The notes beneath the pieces were generated by a model. The model was not told where the DNA came from. It made no database searches and saw nothing but the letters and a program-made list of their open reading frames with translations. A stretch of 60,000 nucleotides of DNA from NCBI GenBank assembly GCA_038087875.1, contig CM075987.1, positions 21,578,001 to 21,638,000 on the forward strand. The letters run 5' to 3'. Below, one piece after another: positions 42,399 to 54,799 of this stretch. Within the stretch, counting starts at the first letter, position 1; every line of letters begins with the position of its first letter. The position numbers and the translations under genes are program-made. This stretch comes from Malacoraja senta (Eukaryota).

Positions 42399-45300
42399 CT
42401 GAAACATAAACATCATATTTAACACTTGCCCTCCGAAGAGACTTATGAAAGCAAAGTAGACTGCAATTTAGAAATGTCATTGTATCTATATTTGTCTTCC
42501 TTTCATAATGCTAATGGACCAAAATAATTCAGTTGTGTATATTACACAATATCAAAGACTGGCCATGCTTTCATTTCTCTGCTACCATCGGGAAGAGGGT
42601 ACAAGAGCCTGAAAACTGACCACCAGCTTAAAGAACAGCTTCTTCCCAGCAACCATCAGACTTCTGAACACTGCACAACACTAACCACAGCAACGATAAT
42701 CTTCTATTGACAGTATACGTGGTTGCACAATGGACTTCATTTTTAATATTATCATGGTAACCAAGTACTACGGTTGTTAAGTTATTGTATTTTTGATTAT
42801 TATTGTAAAAAAAAAGTTATTGTATTTTTGATTATTATATATTTACATGTGTTATTGCATTTACAGGTCTGTTAAGCTGCAGCAAGAAATAATTTCATTA
42901 TTCCGTCATAGGTATATATGACAATTAAACATACTGACTCTTGAACTCTTGTTATAAATATATATGCATGTATACATTGGAGCTCAATTTTTAAGTAGAA
43001 ACAAATGTAGGCAATTTGATGGCCTTGAACATGCTTCACCATTTAGTAAAACCTCCACCTCAATTCTACATTCCTATCTAATCCCTATTTCTCAGCCCTG
43101 AATAAATCCAGTGACTGAGCATTCACAGTACTCTAACTAGAGAATTCCAAAGATTTACAATCCTCCAAGTAATTTCTCCTCTTTCCAGATGATAATTGAG
43201 TGACCCATATTCCAAAATTACATGATTAGTTACTAGACTCAGAGCCTCAGTACCATGCCCTACTGAAGTGTTAAATGCTTCAATGAAATTATCTAATTCC
43301 TTAAATTCCAGTGATTACAGATCCATTTTGCTCAATTTGTCTTCAAACGACATCTGCTATATATATCTTGAATAGGATAATTATAGACAATAGACAATAG
43401 GTGCAGGAGTAGGCCGTTTGGCCCTTCGAGCCAGCACCGCCATTCAATGTGATCATGGCTGATAACCCCAATCAGTACCCCGTTCCTGCCTTCTTCCCTG
43501 ACTCCGCTATTTTTAAGAGCCCTATCTAGCTCTCTCTTGAAAGCATCCAGAGAACCTGCCTCCACCGCCCGATGGCAGAGAATTCCACAGACTCACCACT
43601 CTGTGAGAAAAAGTGTTTCCTCGTCTCCATTCTAAATGGCTTACTCCTTATTCTTAAACTGTGGCCCTTGGTTCTGGACTCCCCCAACATCGGGGACATG
43701 TTTCCTGCCTCTAGTGTGTCCAAGCCCTTAACAATCTTATATGTTTCAATGAGATTCCCTCTCATCCTTCTAAACTCCAGAGTGTACAAGCCCGGCTGCT
43801 CCATTCTCTCAGCATATGACAGTCCCGCCATCCCGGGAATTAACCTTGTAAACCTACGCTGCACTCCCTCAATAGCAAGAATGTCCTTCCTCAAATTAGG
43901 GGACCAAAACTGCACACAATACCCCAGGTGTGGTCTCACAAGTGCTCTGTACAACTGCAGAAGGACCTCTTTGCTCCTATATTCGATTCCTCTTGTTATA
44001 AAGGCCAACATGCCATTCGCTTTCTTCACTACCTGCTGTACCTGCATGCTTACTTTTATAGACTGATGTACAAGGACCCCCTTTTCCAAACTTGACGCCA
44101 TTTAGATAGTAATCTGCCTTCCTGTTTTTGCTACCAAAGTGGATAACCTCACATTTATCCGCATTAAACTTCATCTGCCATGCATCTGCCCACTCCCCCA
44201 ACCTGTCCAAGTCACCCTGCATTCTCATAGCATCCTCCTCACAGTTCACACTGCCACCCAGCTTTGTGTCATCTGCAAATTTGCTAATGTTACTTTGAAT
44301 CCCTTCATCCAAATCATTGATGTATATTGTAAATAGCTGCGGTCCCAGCACCGAGCCTTGCGGTACCCCACTAGTCACTGCCTGCCATTCTGAAAGGGAC
44401 CCGTTAATCCCTACTCTTTGTTTCCTGTCTGCCAACCACTTCTCTATCCATGTCAGCACTCTACCCCCAATACCATGTGCCCTAATTTTGCCCACTAATC
44501 ACCTAAGTGGGACTTTATCAAATGCTTTCTGAAAGCCCAGGTACACTACATCCACTGGCTCTCCCTTGTCCATTTTCCTAGTTACATCTTCAAAAAATTC
44601 CAGAAGATTAGTCAAGCATGATTTCCCCTTCGTAAATCCATGCTGACTCGGACCGATCCTGTTACTGCTATCCAAATGTGCGGCTATCTCATCTTTTATA
44701 ATTGACTCCAGCATCTTCCCCACCACCGATGTCAGGCTAACTGGTCTATAATTCCCCATTTTCTCTCCCGCTTTTCTTAAAAATTAATATTACAATGTAG
44801 AGTATGTGTATAATGTGTTATGTACGTTGCATTATACAGATCTAATGTCTAAAAGCTAGGTATTCTAAAGCAATTCAGTCATGCAGTGAGGTATGTGGAT
44901 TACATTTCTAGCTAGCTGATCTTATCTTATTAATTCCTATTTAAATATTGCTTATATTGTTATAGGAGTGTGGTGCGAGTGGATTTTTCTAAATGGAACT
45001 TCTACCTTTGTTTGCGGAATCACCTGGAGCACTCCATATAACCTTCTATAACATTATTCTATTAAATGTAATGTTAGAAAAATACAGTGCCTATACCCAA
45101 CTGTAGATCTGTATAATTGGGGTTTTGGAGAAGGAGATGGTACATTGTGCCTCAGCTGAAGAACTGAACAACTGGGTTGTAAACCTAACTTGTGATATAT
45201 TATGTAGATAAAAAATAGTTTTACCTGTGGGCTTTGAACACTACAACACCACCACTACTTCAAAAAACCAAGATGTTCTATGGACTGTGTATTTTGTTTG

Positions 45301-48300
45301 CACTACTAACTTTGGTTTTGCACAATTATGACTATCCAGTATTACTGTTACTAACTAATTGCATTATTGATTATTGTATATTTATTGTGGTATTGCCTTA
45401 ATGGTCCTGTTAAACTGCAGCAACTTTACCGCTGCACTGCGGTGCCGCCCCAAATATTTAAAAAACATAAATTTATACCTTAACTTTGACAACATAATTT
45501 TCTCTAACCTGTACAAACACTGCAGTGTTCATCTGAAGTGTCTCCATTCGTTCGTTCATTCTTGCCAGCCAGTCCCCGTGGTCCATGATCAGCAGCTTTA
45601 GGTCATCATTGGACTCCTGGATAAAATCAAACCCAATCTCGCTGCTGGGTGATACAGCCTGAATCCAAGAAAACACAAAACACGTTTCAAACATGGTTCT
45701 ACCCTGATCTGACATGTTAGTTTAATTTAGATACAGCGTGGACACAGGCCCTTCAGCCCACCGAGTCCACGCGGCTAGCGATCGCCCCGTACACTGGCAC
45801 TATACTACACGCTAGGGCCAATTTGCAATCTTTACCAAAGCAAATTATCCTACAATCCTGCACGTCTTTGGACTGTGGGAGGAAACCGGAGCACCCGGAC
45901 AAAATTCACGTACAAACTCCGTACAGACAGCACCCGTAGTCTCTGGTGCTGCAAGGGAGCAACTCTACTGTTATGCCACCGTGCCGCAACACATGGTTGG
46001 AGCATCACCAACACATGGTTCCTACTACATCACCATTTCAACAACTCAGCATAATCATCTTCAACCCCCGAGATAATTTAGGGGGATACAATACATTATC
46101 TGTATTATTTGTCTGCAAATTCAATAATAACATTCAGAAAATACACCGGGTGGCGCTGTATGATGGCAGCCTCGCCTTTTCTTCTTTTGTTGTTTTTAGT
46201 CTTGTTAAATTATGTTTTAGTGTATCTTTAGTTTTGTATTATGTGGGGGGTGGGGGACTTATTTAATCTCTTTCCTCGACGGAGATGCGGCCTAACATCG
46301 AGGAGCTGGCGGCCTCTTGCTGGGGACTGACTTCGGGAGCTCTAACCACGGGGGCATCGTGGAGTTTGCGGTCCCTTGGTTAGGGTCTGACCGAGTTCCA
46401 ACCGCAGGAGTTTCAACCGCCCCGATCGCTTGAGCTTTGATTGCCCCGACGCGGGAGTTTCGATCATCGGCTGCGGAGTTTCGATCACCCTGACTGCGGA
46501 TGGTTCGACTGCCCCTTCCGCGGGAGAATAAGGAGGAACGAAGATAAGATTTTATTTTATTGCCTTCCATCACAGTGAGGAATGTGGGGGAGCGCTGTGG
46601 TGAATGTTTATGTTAACTTTTATGCAGTTGTGTGTCTTCTTGCATTTTTGGTATGGCTGTATGGCAAATCAAATTCCTTGTATGTTTTTACATACTTGGC
46701 TAATAAATTAATTACAAAAAGAATTGGATCAACAATAAAAAAGTAAAACATATCCTTAGCCTTGTAGAAATAACAGAGGGGTGAGGCTGCCTGGATACAT
46801 TTCCATGGAGCTGGCATGGACAAAGTGAGCTGAATGGGCTCTATGTATTCAACTATATTCTATGACTCTATAATCCAATTATTTTAAATATGATGCATGC
46901 TTTGCCACTCCTCGGCTCCCTCTTAGGCACAGGGACAGCATGCACAACGCCAGAAAATGTTTGCTTTACTGAAGGTGGCTCAAGGATTAACATTGGTCAG
47001 GATATCAGTTACAACTCCACAGTTCTTTTTCAATACAGTGCTGTGGTTTCCTTCCACCTGATGAGGCACCTCAGCCCAATGTCTTATTAAATGATGGGAA
47101 CCTCAGGAGCATCTCAGCTTAATGTCTAATTGAAGAATGAGGATTGATCTGGACTGCATTGGTGTGTTCTTGGTCCTTGAAAGTGGCTTAAACACCAAAC
47201 ATTCTGTCTTGGGTAAGTATGTCACTGACACTAAATTGTATCATAACTTCAGTGATTCCGACCCAATTAGACTAGAAAAGTACAGGCAATTATGTTCATT
47301 AATAAAATTAATACTGTCATCCTATAGAATAAGGAATCAAATTCATGCTTTTGGAGCTTTGCAATGGTTCAGGTTTATTATTGTCACATGTAGTGAAAAG
47401 CTTTGATTTGTATGCTATTCAATCTGATCAGATAAAACTATACATAAATACAATCAAGTTAAAAATTCAAATATAATAGGTAGAACAAAGGGGAAGATGC
47501 AGGGTGTGATTATTCACTTGTTCCACCACAGGATTGAAACAAACTGTGGTCAGTAATTTAAAAAAAAGTTAAGTGCATGCTACCTCGCCGATGGAAAGTC
47601 GCAAGTGTTCCAATTTGTCGATCTGGTTCCTTAGTCGATCCTCCAGATCTTTCATCAGAGCCAAATTTTCATCAGTCTTCAGATTTTCCCTCTGAGACAT
47701 CACGATGACCTGCAGGAGGCTGCAAACGAAGTAACTGAATATTGTTCAAAAGCTCTTATGTCTGAAATGTTGGCTACAATTTTAGATACCATCTCCATTT
47801 TGACCTCTCTTTCTCTGGCATAAACTTGAAAGAGACCAAAGCATGTCAGAACTTACCAGTTCTGATGACAGGCCAGAAACTTGTTTTTATCTCTTCACAG
47901 ATAATGTATGACTTGCTGAGTATTTCAAACACTTTCTGATTTTATTTCAAATTGTCACCGTCACACCACCCACACTGTAGCATTCTAGAATGGTTGCTGT
48001 TTTCTTCACTTTTTTTCTCCTCCCCTTCTCCATTTGCAGTCACCTCCGTCGATCTGCAAATAACAAGTATTCTCCACCCCTTCCAGCAGGCGCTGCCACA
48101 CATCTTTCTGCAGACTCCCGATCCGAACCGTCACCTGTCCATTCCCTCCCCAGATGTTGCCTGACCAACTGAATTCTAACACCCCTTTATGTTTTTCTCA
48201 AGTGAATACAGACCCAGTCTCCACCATTTATCTTATTGACCGTCTCCGGTACGGGGTTGGTATTGATGGCACTACCCTGAGCTGGTTTGTCTCCTACCTC

Positions 48301-50287
48301 AAAGATAGGAGTTTCTCTACAAACATAGGCAACTCTTTCTCCTCCCCAGCTAGCCTTTCCTGCGGGGTTCCACAAGGCTCCATCCTAGGCCCCATTCTCT
48401 TCTCCCTGTATATGCTCCCCTAAGGCCTTCATTCAAAGGCACGGCATTTCCTGCCACTGCTATGCAGAGGATACACAGCTCTATCTCCCCCTGAAACCCA
48501 ATACCGATCAAATCTACTCAGCCTTATTCACTGCCTCGAGGATATAAAGTGTTGGATGGCCCAGAACTTCCTCCAACTAAACGAGAGCAAGTCTGAGGTT
48601 ATCCTACTCGGTCCCTCGGACTCCATCAAAACGATAGCAGGCAGCCTTTGAAGCCTTACCCCCTTACTCATACCTCACGTCAAAAACCGTGGCGTGATAT
48701 TTGACTCTGTGTTGAAGTTTGACAAACAAGTCAATGCCGTGGTGAAAGCGAGCTTCTTCCAGCTTCGCACGATAGCTAAAATAAATCCATTCCTCCAATT
48801 CGACGACCTCGAAAAGATCATCCATTCATTTATCTCCTCCCGCCTTGATTACTGCAACTCCCTTTGCACTGGCATCAGCCAATCATCCCTGTCCCGCCTG
48901 CAATTGGTCCAAAACGCCGCAGCGAGACTTCTGACGGGCACCCGAAAAAGGGACCACATCACCCCAATTCTGGCCTCTCTCCACTGGCTCCCAGTGTGGT
49001 TCAGAATCAATTTCAAGCTCCTCCTTTATGTATACAAAGCCCTTAACGGGCTTGCCCCCACCTACATCAAAAATCTGCTAACCCACCATACCACCTCCAG
49101 GTCCCTCAGGTCGGCCGACTTGGGGTTACTGACCATCCTACTGACCGTCTAGGCATAAGCTTAGGGGCGCTTTTGCGGTTGCAGTACCTAGACTATGGAA
49201 CAGCATCCCTCTTCCCATCAGAACTGCCCTGTCCATCAACTCTTTTAACTCGTTTCTTGAGGTCCTCTGAGGGAGCGCTGTATGTATGTATTTATGTATG
49301 TATTGTTGATCTATATACCACTGTTTGTAGCACGTTAGTACCTGCACTGATGTAAAGCACTTTGGTCAACGAGAGTTGTTTTTAAATGTGCTATAGAAAT
49401 AAAATTGACTTGACTTGACTTATCCAGCAAGCCCGTCATCCCAAGAACCAATGTGAAAAGTATATCGGTTTTTAGGTAAGGAGGCTTTTTGACCTTACTT
49501 CTCATTATGCGGCTTATTGTACTGTTTCCTTCACTGGCATATCTATGAAGCACGTTGTGACATTTTACAATAATTTGATTCAGTGGTTTTGTCAAATATC
49601 TGGAAGGTGATAACTGCAACAAACAAAGTGCAATGCATTTATTTATTTTTTAAATTACAAAACAACTGTTTAAAAAAAACTTACAACATAAGTTTCTTAA
49701 GTGCAGTGATAGGAAATAAAAGGGTTTATCGGCAATAATATTATGGGCAGGAGTTCACAAGGTCACTTGTGAATATGCTTGGGTGTCACTTGATACCTCT
49801 TTGCTTGATACAGAGCGAGGGGATGCCATAGGTCCTTGCGGAGAGAAAGCGGGTTTTAAAATCCTAGAGGAAGGACTAGGATTCATTGGGCTCACAGGTG
49901 GAAGCTGAAATTTCATGATTACAAGTACTGAACTCAAGAACACAAACACATTTAAAAAAGCAAAGTGGTACATTGACTAGAAGTACGAAATAAAAACAGG
50001 TAATGCTTTAAACGCTCAGCAGATCGAGCAACTTTAGTAGAGAGAATAAGGGTTACAGTTTCAGGTGAATGGCCTTTCTTATACAACCGTTGCCTGGCTT
50101 CTGTCTTCCTCGCCCGAGCAAATAAAGATCAGCTACATTACAAAACACTTATTATCTGTTATTCAAACATAAAACTTCAACAACAGGTTACCCTAACGCA
50201 CTCACCTGTTGGGGGAAGGGGAAGGTGTTATTTCCTCTGATCGAGACGGCTACTCGTGGTGGTCTTAGATTAGTAATGTCTCCGTCT
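42234..50287 (-). CDS. Unrecognised multi-exon protein-coding gene (Pro/Ser-rich N-part, coiled-coil-like core); 5' end unresolved
   Basis: Exons 50206-50287 (or 50299), 49797-49904, 49494-49613, 47584-47709, 45509-45658, 42234-42398 have AG/GT boundaries, phase-0 joins and no stops until TAA at 42234. Confidence 0.7.
42570..42935 (+). mobile_element. Rex1/Babar-like LINE 3' fragment
   Basis: [11 protein letters not shown] and [12 protein letters not shown] segments. Confidence 0.55.
43383..44780 (-). mobile_element. 5'-truncated CR1 LINE (RT with frameshifts)
   Basis: [24 protein letters not shown]; (CTATTGT)n tail. Confidence 0.9.
45509..45658 (-). CDS. Unknown gene exon ([50 protein letters not shown])
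   Basis: T-rich tract + ttcag, CAG/gttaga donor, 150 nt. Confidence 0.75.
45717..45987 (-). mobile_element. HE1-like SINE
   Basis: tRNA-like head at the right end, V-domain core, ctaaac tail. Confidence 0.8.
46145..46710 (+). repeat. Interspersed repeat with internal degenerate about-23-bp tandem units
   Basis: ccttccatcacagtga module also at about 23460 and 25285; units like gcggagtttcgatc at 46404-46516. Confidence 0.55.
47584..47709 (-). CDS. Unknown gene exon ([42 protein letters not shown])
   Basis: ctcctgcag acceptor, GAG/gtagca donor, 126 nt, heptad-like pattern. Confidence 0.75.
48221..49420 (+). mobile_element. 5'-truncated L2-clade LINE (RT, disrupted)
   Basis: [42 protein letters not shown]; aataaa + (TTGAC)n tail. 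Confidence 0.85.
49494..49613 (-). CDS. Unknown gene exon ([40 protein letters not shown])
   Basis: Strong ttgtttgttgcag acceptor; weak AAG/gtcaaa donor, 120 nt. Confidence 0.55.
49797..49904 (-). CDS. Unknown gene exon ([36 protein letters not shown])
   Basis: tttcag acceptor, GAG/gtatca donor, 108 nt. Confidence 0.6.
50206..50287 (-). CDS. Unknown gene exon ([27 protein letters not shown]); may be UTR
   Basis: Perfect CAG/gtgagt donor; acceptor ambiguous (50287 or 50299). Confidence 0.5.
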
Positions 50288-50639
50288 CTAAATAGTTCAC
50301 TGCAATTGACTACAAGTTGAGTCTCCCAGGGGAATGTGAAGAATTCAACCTCAGTTGGTATTGGAGAAAATCAGGACTGGATACCCTGAACGAACCGGAT
50401 TGAAATGTTTCAATAGCTGATAGGGATTATAATTCATAACCCTAACTTTAAAAAAAATCGCTGGATTGTTGTAAGTATATGCCCTCAACCAGTGCTTTCT
50501 TTGTGGACAAACTGATGCCGGTACACGTATGTATGGCTTGAATGTACTCATGTACAGTATAATCAGACTTAATTGGATAGCACGCAAACAAGAGCTTGTC
50601 ATTGTACTTGATACATGTGACAATATTAAACCAATACCA

Positions 50640-51150
50640 CTGAGGCCACCCTCTCCACTTCCTACACTCAGGAAAAAAATGTAAGCTTATTTTAGCTCAT
50701 TTTGTAGCTCAATCCCTTGAGTTCTGGTAACATCCTGGCGAATCTTTACTGCTCCCTTTCCAGCATGTGACATCCTTCGTATAAGTAGGGCAACCAGGAC
50801 TGCACACAGTACAAGAGAGTTCGAGTTAGATTTAGCTCTTAGGGCTAAGGGAATCAAGGGATATGGGGATAAAACCGGAACGGGGTACTGATTTTGGATG
50901 ATCACTGATTTTGAATGGTGGTGCTGACTCGAAGGGCCGAATGGCCTACTCCTGCACCTATTTTCTACGTTTACTCCAAATCTGAACTCACTAATGTCTT
51001 GTACAGTTGTGGCATATCTCATTTCCTGCACTCAGTACCTTTACCAATGAAGGCAAACACACCAAACACCTTCACCCTGCCTATCCATGTTGCCACTGTA
51101 CACCCAAGTCTCTCTGCTCCACAACACTCCACAGAGACCTTTACCGTGCA
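50640..51150. mobile_element. CR1 fragments (minus-strand piece with a plus-strand 3' tail inserted at about 50820-50970)
   Basis: CR1 3'UTR ggccgaatggcctactcctgcacctattttct. Confidence 0.6.
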
Positions 51151-54100
51151 GATTCTGTCGTAGCTTGATGTACCATCATCTCACTCTTCGTGGAAGTAAT
51201 TTAGGATGTCAAGGGCTAGTTCAGAAAAGGTGTTCATTTTGACAAGTCATAGAGCATCCGGAATTTTGAAAATATCTTGCATCAAGTTCCCATGTGATTC
51301 CAGGAACTGCACATCTCGCTTTGCGTCAGGGGAATGTACTTGCACTGACTCCATTGCTCCTGGATACAAACCTTCTGCTTCTTGTACACTTGATACTTTA
51401 GATGTTTACACTCTGAATTAGAATTCCCTTGCAATTTAGAGTTAGACATCCATTTCTCTGTAACATATTTGCTTCAAAATTAACACATCCTTCAAATACT
51501 ACACCTTTAGAATGCAATTCTTCTGTAGTTATGTTCTTCATTACACCAGAAATGTCTTGGTTTGAGTACCTCTCACAGCTTCTTGATAATATGGCCGTCT
51601 ACTACTCAGTGAGATTGGCCTTTAGCCTGTGTTTGTTGATCTCAGCTTGTATATTTTGGAGGGATAGGAGGAAAGAGGGAAAAGGGTACTGATCCATGCT
51701 CTCCAAACATAATTATTAACATAAGGTAGGCAAAGGCACCTTAGCTGTGTCCCACTGACCAGTTAAATAATACCTTAAAGATGAAAACTCAGATCATGAC
51801 ACTTAAAACATCTGTATTCCAACTAGTCAGCTGATAAAAGACATGGATAGAATAGAACACATTCAGCTTTTCCATTGTGTACCTCCTGTTCATATCACAG
51901 ACTATTCACTGTATACAATATAGACCCACTTCCATTGACTGAAATACAGAGACAAGGAATTGTGAGCTGCATGTCTTCCGTCTTTTTTTTTTAAGTAGCC
52001 AAAGAATAAGAGTACCGATAAACACTTTTCACAACCACAGAGTGTCTCAAAAGGCTTGGTAGTCAATGAAGTAGAAAATATTATTTGTTGGAAATGTTGC
52101 AATCTTCCCTGGGAAATTTGGAATTCTTATCTATAATAGCAGGTATTTGTAAGATATCCTTAACCTCCCATTCTTTCTGCACCCCCTTCTCATCCCCACC
52201 AACACCTTCTTCAAATTGCTTTTGAAATTTGGAAGTGAGCCATTATATTAACTGTCCAAAGAACTCCAGTTCTAAAGGCTGGGAATTCTCTCAAGATGTG
52301 TTAAATCCATTGATGCCAAAACCCATGATAGTGTATGCCATATAGGTTTACACCTAACGTAGACTTGATCACTGGAACATTGGGTTCTCCTTTTCTAAAG
52401 GCTGCAACCAATATTTTCCTGCTTGGTAACTAAAGTCAGGGGGCAGGGATGACTGCTGCATGGTAGATCATGAACTTTGTGCTGGGTTTGAGGACTTCAT
52501 TCTTTTTCTCAAATAGCAAAGCAGCTGTGCTGGCAGAGGTACCAACAACATCACTGCAAATTCCTCCAAATTCACCAGGATGTCAGCAACCTCTTTCAAC
52601 TCAACATCCCCAGCACATAGGCCATGATGTAGTTCAGTTGGCCAGACTCCTGGTGGAGACACACTGCTCTGAGCCTCGCCACTCAGAAAGACAGAATAAA
52701 TCATTCAAAGAAGGTTTCAGAGCCATCTTGAAAGTGTGTAGCATCCCCATCCCCACTAACTCAGAGGTATCACTGCCCATGATCAGTCAAAGGGGAAAAT
52801 AAGTTTTTGTCATTATGCAACTTGATAATACTGCCACAACTTTGGCCATACAAGAAAATTGTGTTTGAACCCAATGTTCAGCGATTAGAAACACTCTAAA
52901 GCCCAGTGTAAATTGAGTGGAAGCAAGTTAGCCTCTATGCCGAGAGGCTGCCCAAGAAGCAGATGCCTAAAGCTTTAGTGGGGTGTGACAAACAGATTCC
53001 TAACTACAGCAGTCTGAACTTCTGGAACACACAATTGCTCTTTTCTCACAACGGTAATAAATATTTTCCTGCTACTAGTTGTTTAATAAAACAAGGATTC
53101 TCAGTGCAGTTGTCCAGCTGTTCCATGTTGACAGTACGCTCGGGAGCTTTTAGACCAGGTAATCACAAGATATACTCCAAAAACAAACCAAGCCTTGGAT
53201 AAGAGAACTCAGGCAAAAATGAGAGTTAGTACAATGATTACAGTTAATATAAATACTGTGTCCTCTTTGATTAAAACACAATGTGCTGGGGTAACTCATC
53301 AGGTCTGGATAGGAGGGAAGGGAATGGAGGGAATGGATAGGCGATGTTTCAGGTCAGGGCCCTTCTTCACTTAAGATTCCAGCATCGGCAGTTCCTTGTC
53401 TCCGCATCTGCTTTGATGCTGGTTATCTATTGTAGACATGTACCATCAGTGGGTGCACTGGCTCTTCATCTCCAGTGTTCAGAACATGGAAGCCCTGGCT
53501 TTGAGAAATATATGAAGTGCGATTGCTTCATTGTGTGACCTGGCCAGGAACAGAAGCACAGCCATGAGGTCTACATAGATGAGTACAGTATGTTTTACAT
53601 CTTCAGCACCCACCTTCACATATAATTTGACAAGCTTTCAATACACGATCATAACTGATTGATGAACATGATACGTGACTGATCATATTAGTTAAATTGC
53701 ATTTTTTAGATTGCCAAGTGAAAGAGCATCCTCGTTCCCCTCATCTTCCCATCAGTCCTTCCAGATTCAATTTGAATCTAGGTAACTTACGAGTGGGTAC
53801 TGGAGGGCAAGTGATGGGGGTGAACAAAAAGCGACAATAAATCTGTTCAGCATTCCCCCAAAATGTAAATGTTATTAAAACAGCAAAGCATATGCCTAAA
53901 TCAACTTACTAAAGATTACTTACACATCACTGAATTGGCACACATTACCCACCAATATTTGCGATTGTGACTCAAATTGGGCAGTTTTCAGTGGAACTAC
54001 TCAGCTCATTTGAGGTCATGCCACTATATTATTTTTGCAATTAAATATATTGTATTGATATTACCCGCCAATTGAGAATGCTGAGTTTGTAATTAGAACT

Positions 54101-54249
54101 GGAACATAAAGAGTCCTTTACAAAGAATAGGTAAGATACAACTTTGCAGCAGACCTACAGACCAGGTTCACAGGCTGGTGATTGAATTATCAGTTGCAAA
54201 AACGGAATATTAGCACACCTACAGGAACAAGTGCCTCAACAACAAATCA

Positions 54250-54255
54250 TTTATT
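54250..54255 (-). promoter_or_regulatory. Candidate ZER1 polyadenylation signal AATAAA
   Basis: About 490 nt after the stop; GT-rich element downstream on the minus strand. Confidence 0.55.
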
Positions 54256-54741
54256 AATTATTCCTTATTTTTCTTAAAAGTTTATAACTGTTGACATTTG
54301 ATTAACTGGCACAGCCCAAAAGATTTCACAATCAAATTTTTTCAAGACAAACCATGGAAGCACAATTTACAAAATGACGGGAAAAGAGTGGAGGGAACAT
54401 GGGACAGGGAGAAAATATAGCCGAAAAGCAAGGGTGGAGGGAAAGAAAATGAGACTCAAATGGCAAGGAGAGATTAAAAGGAAGAATCAAAGTAAAGGTA
54501 AAAGGGATAAAGTGAGAGAAAACGCTAATTCCTTATCCAATAAAAAATGACACGAATTAACATTTTCTTGTGCAACACCAAATATTCTGCTGTGCGTCAT
54601 CTTGACACTGTGTCATGCACAGAGATTCCTCCCTATAATGCATCTGGCGCATTATTGTAGCAGGACATTAAAGTTCCTCAGTGTCTACACAGCACGCTTG
54701 ACAGGAAGTAGTGAGAGTTGGTGAGAGCTTATATTCAGTCT

Positions 54742-54799
54742 TTAACTCGACGTGTCCATCTGCTCCTCTTTAAAGTTCTCACAGAATTTGATGACGTTT
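54742..54799 (-). CDS. ZER1: ZER1 terminal coding exon (NVIKFCENFKEEQMDTSS*)
   Basis: cag acceptor, TAA stop; matches the ZER1 C-terminus. Confidence 0.92.

Noticed and set aside
46404..46516. Regularly spaced about-23-bp repeats resembling a CRISPR array
   Set aside because: Degenerate tandem units without unique spacers, inside an interspersed repeat in a vertebrate genome
51248..51360. Candidate extra exon of the unknown gene (AMESVQVHSPDAKRDVQFLESH...)
   Set aside because: Reaches a stop before any usable donor
52468..52802. Overlapping 78-aa and 110-aa ORFs
   Set aside because: No convincing splice sites in a compatible phase and no recognisable motif
53791..53853. Candidate first exon of the unknown gene (MLNRFIVAFCSPPSLALQYPL/gtaagt)
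   Set aside because: Good donor, but phase 0 does not match the phase-2 acceptors of the 50206 exon; could be a non-coding first exon, but unsupported without RNA data
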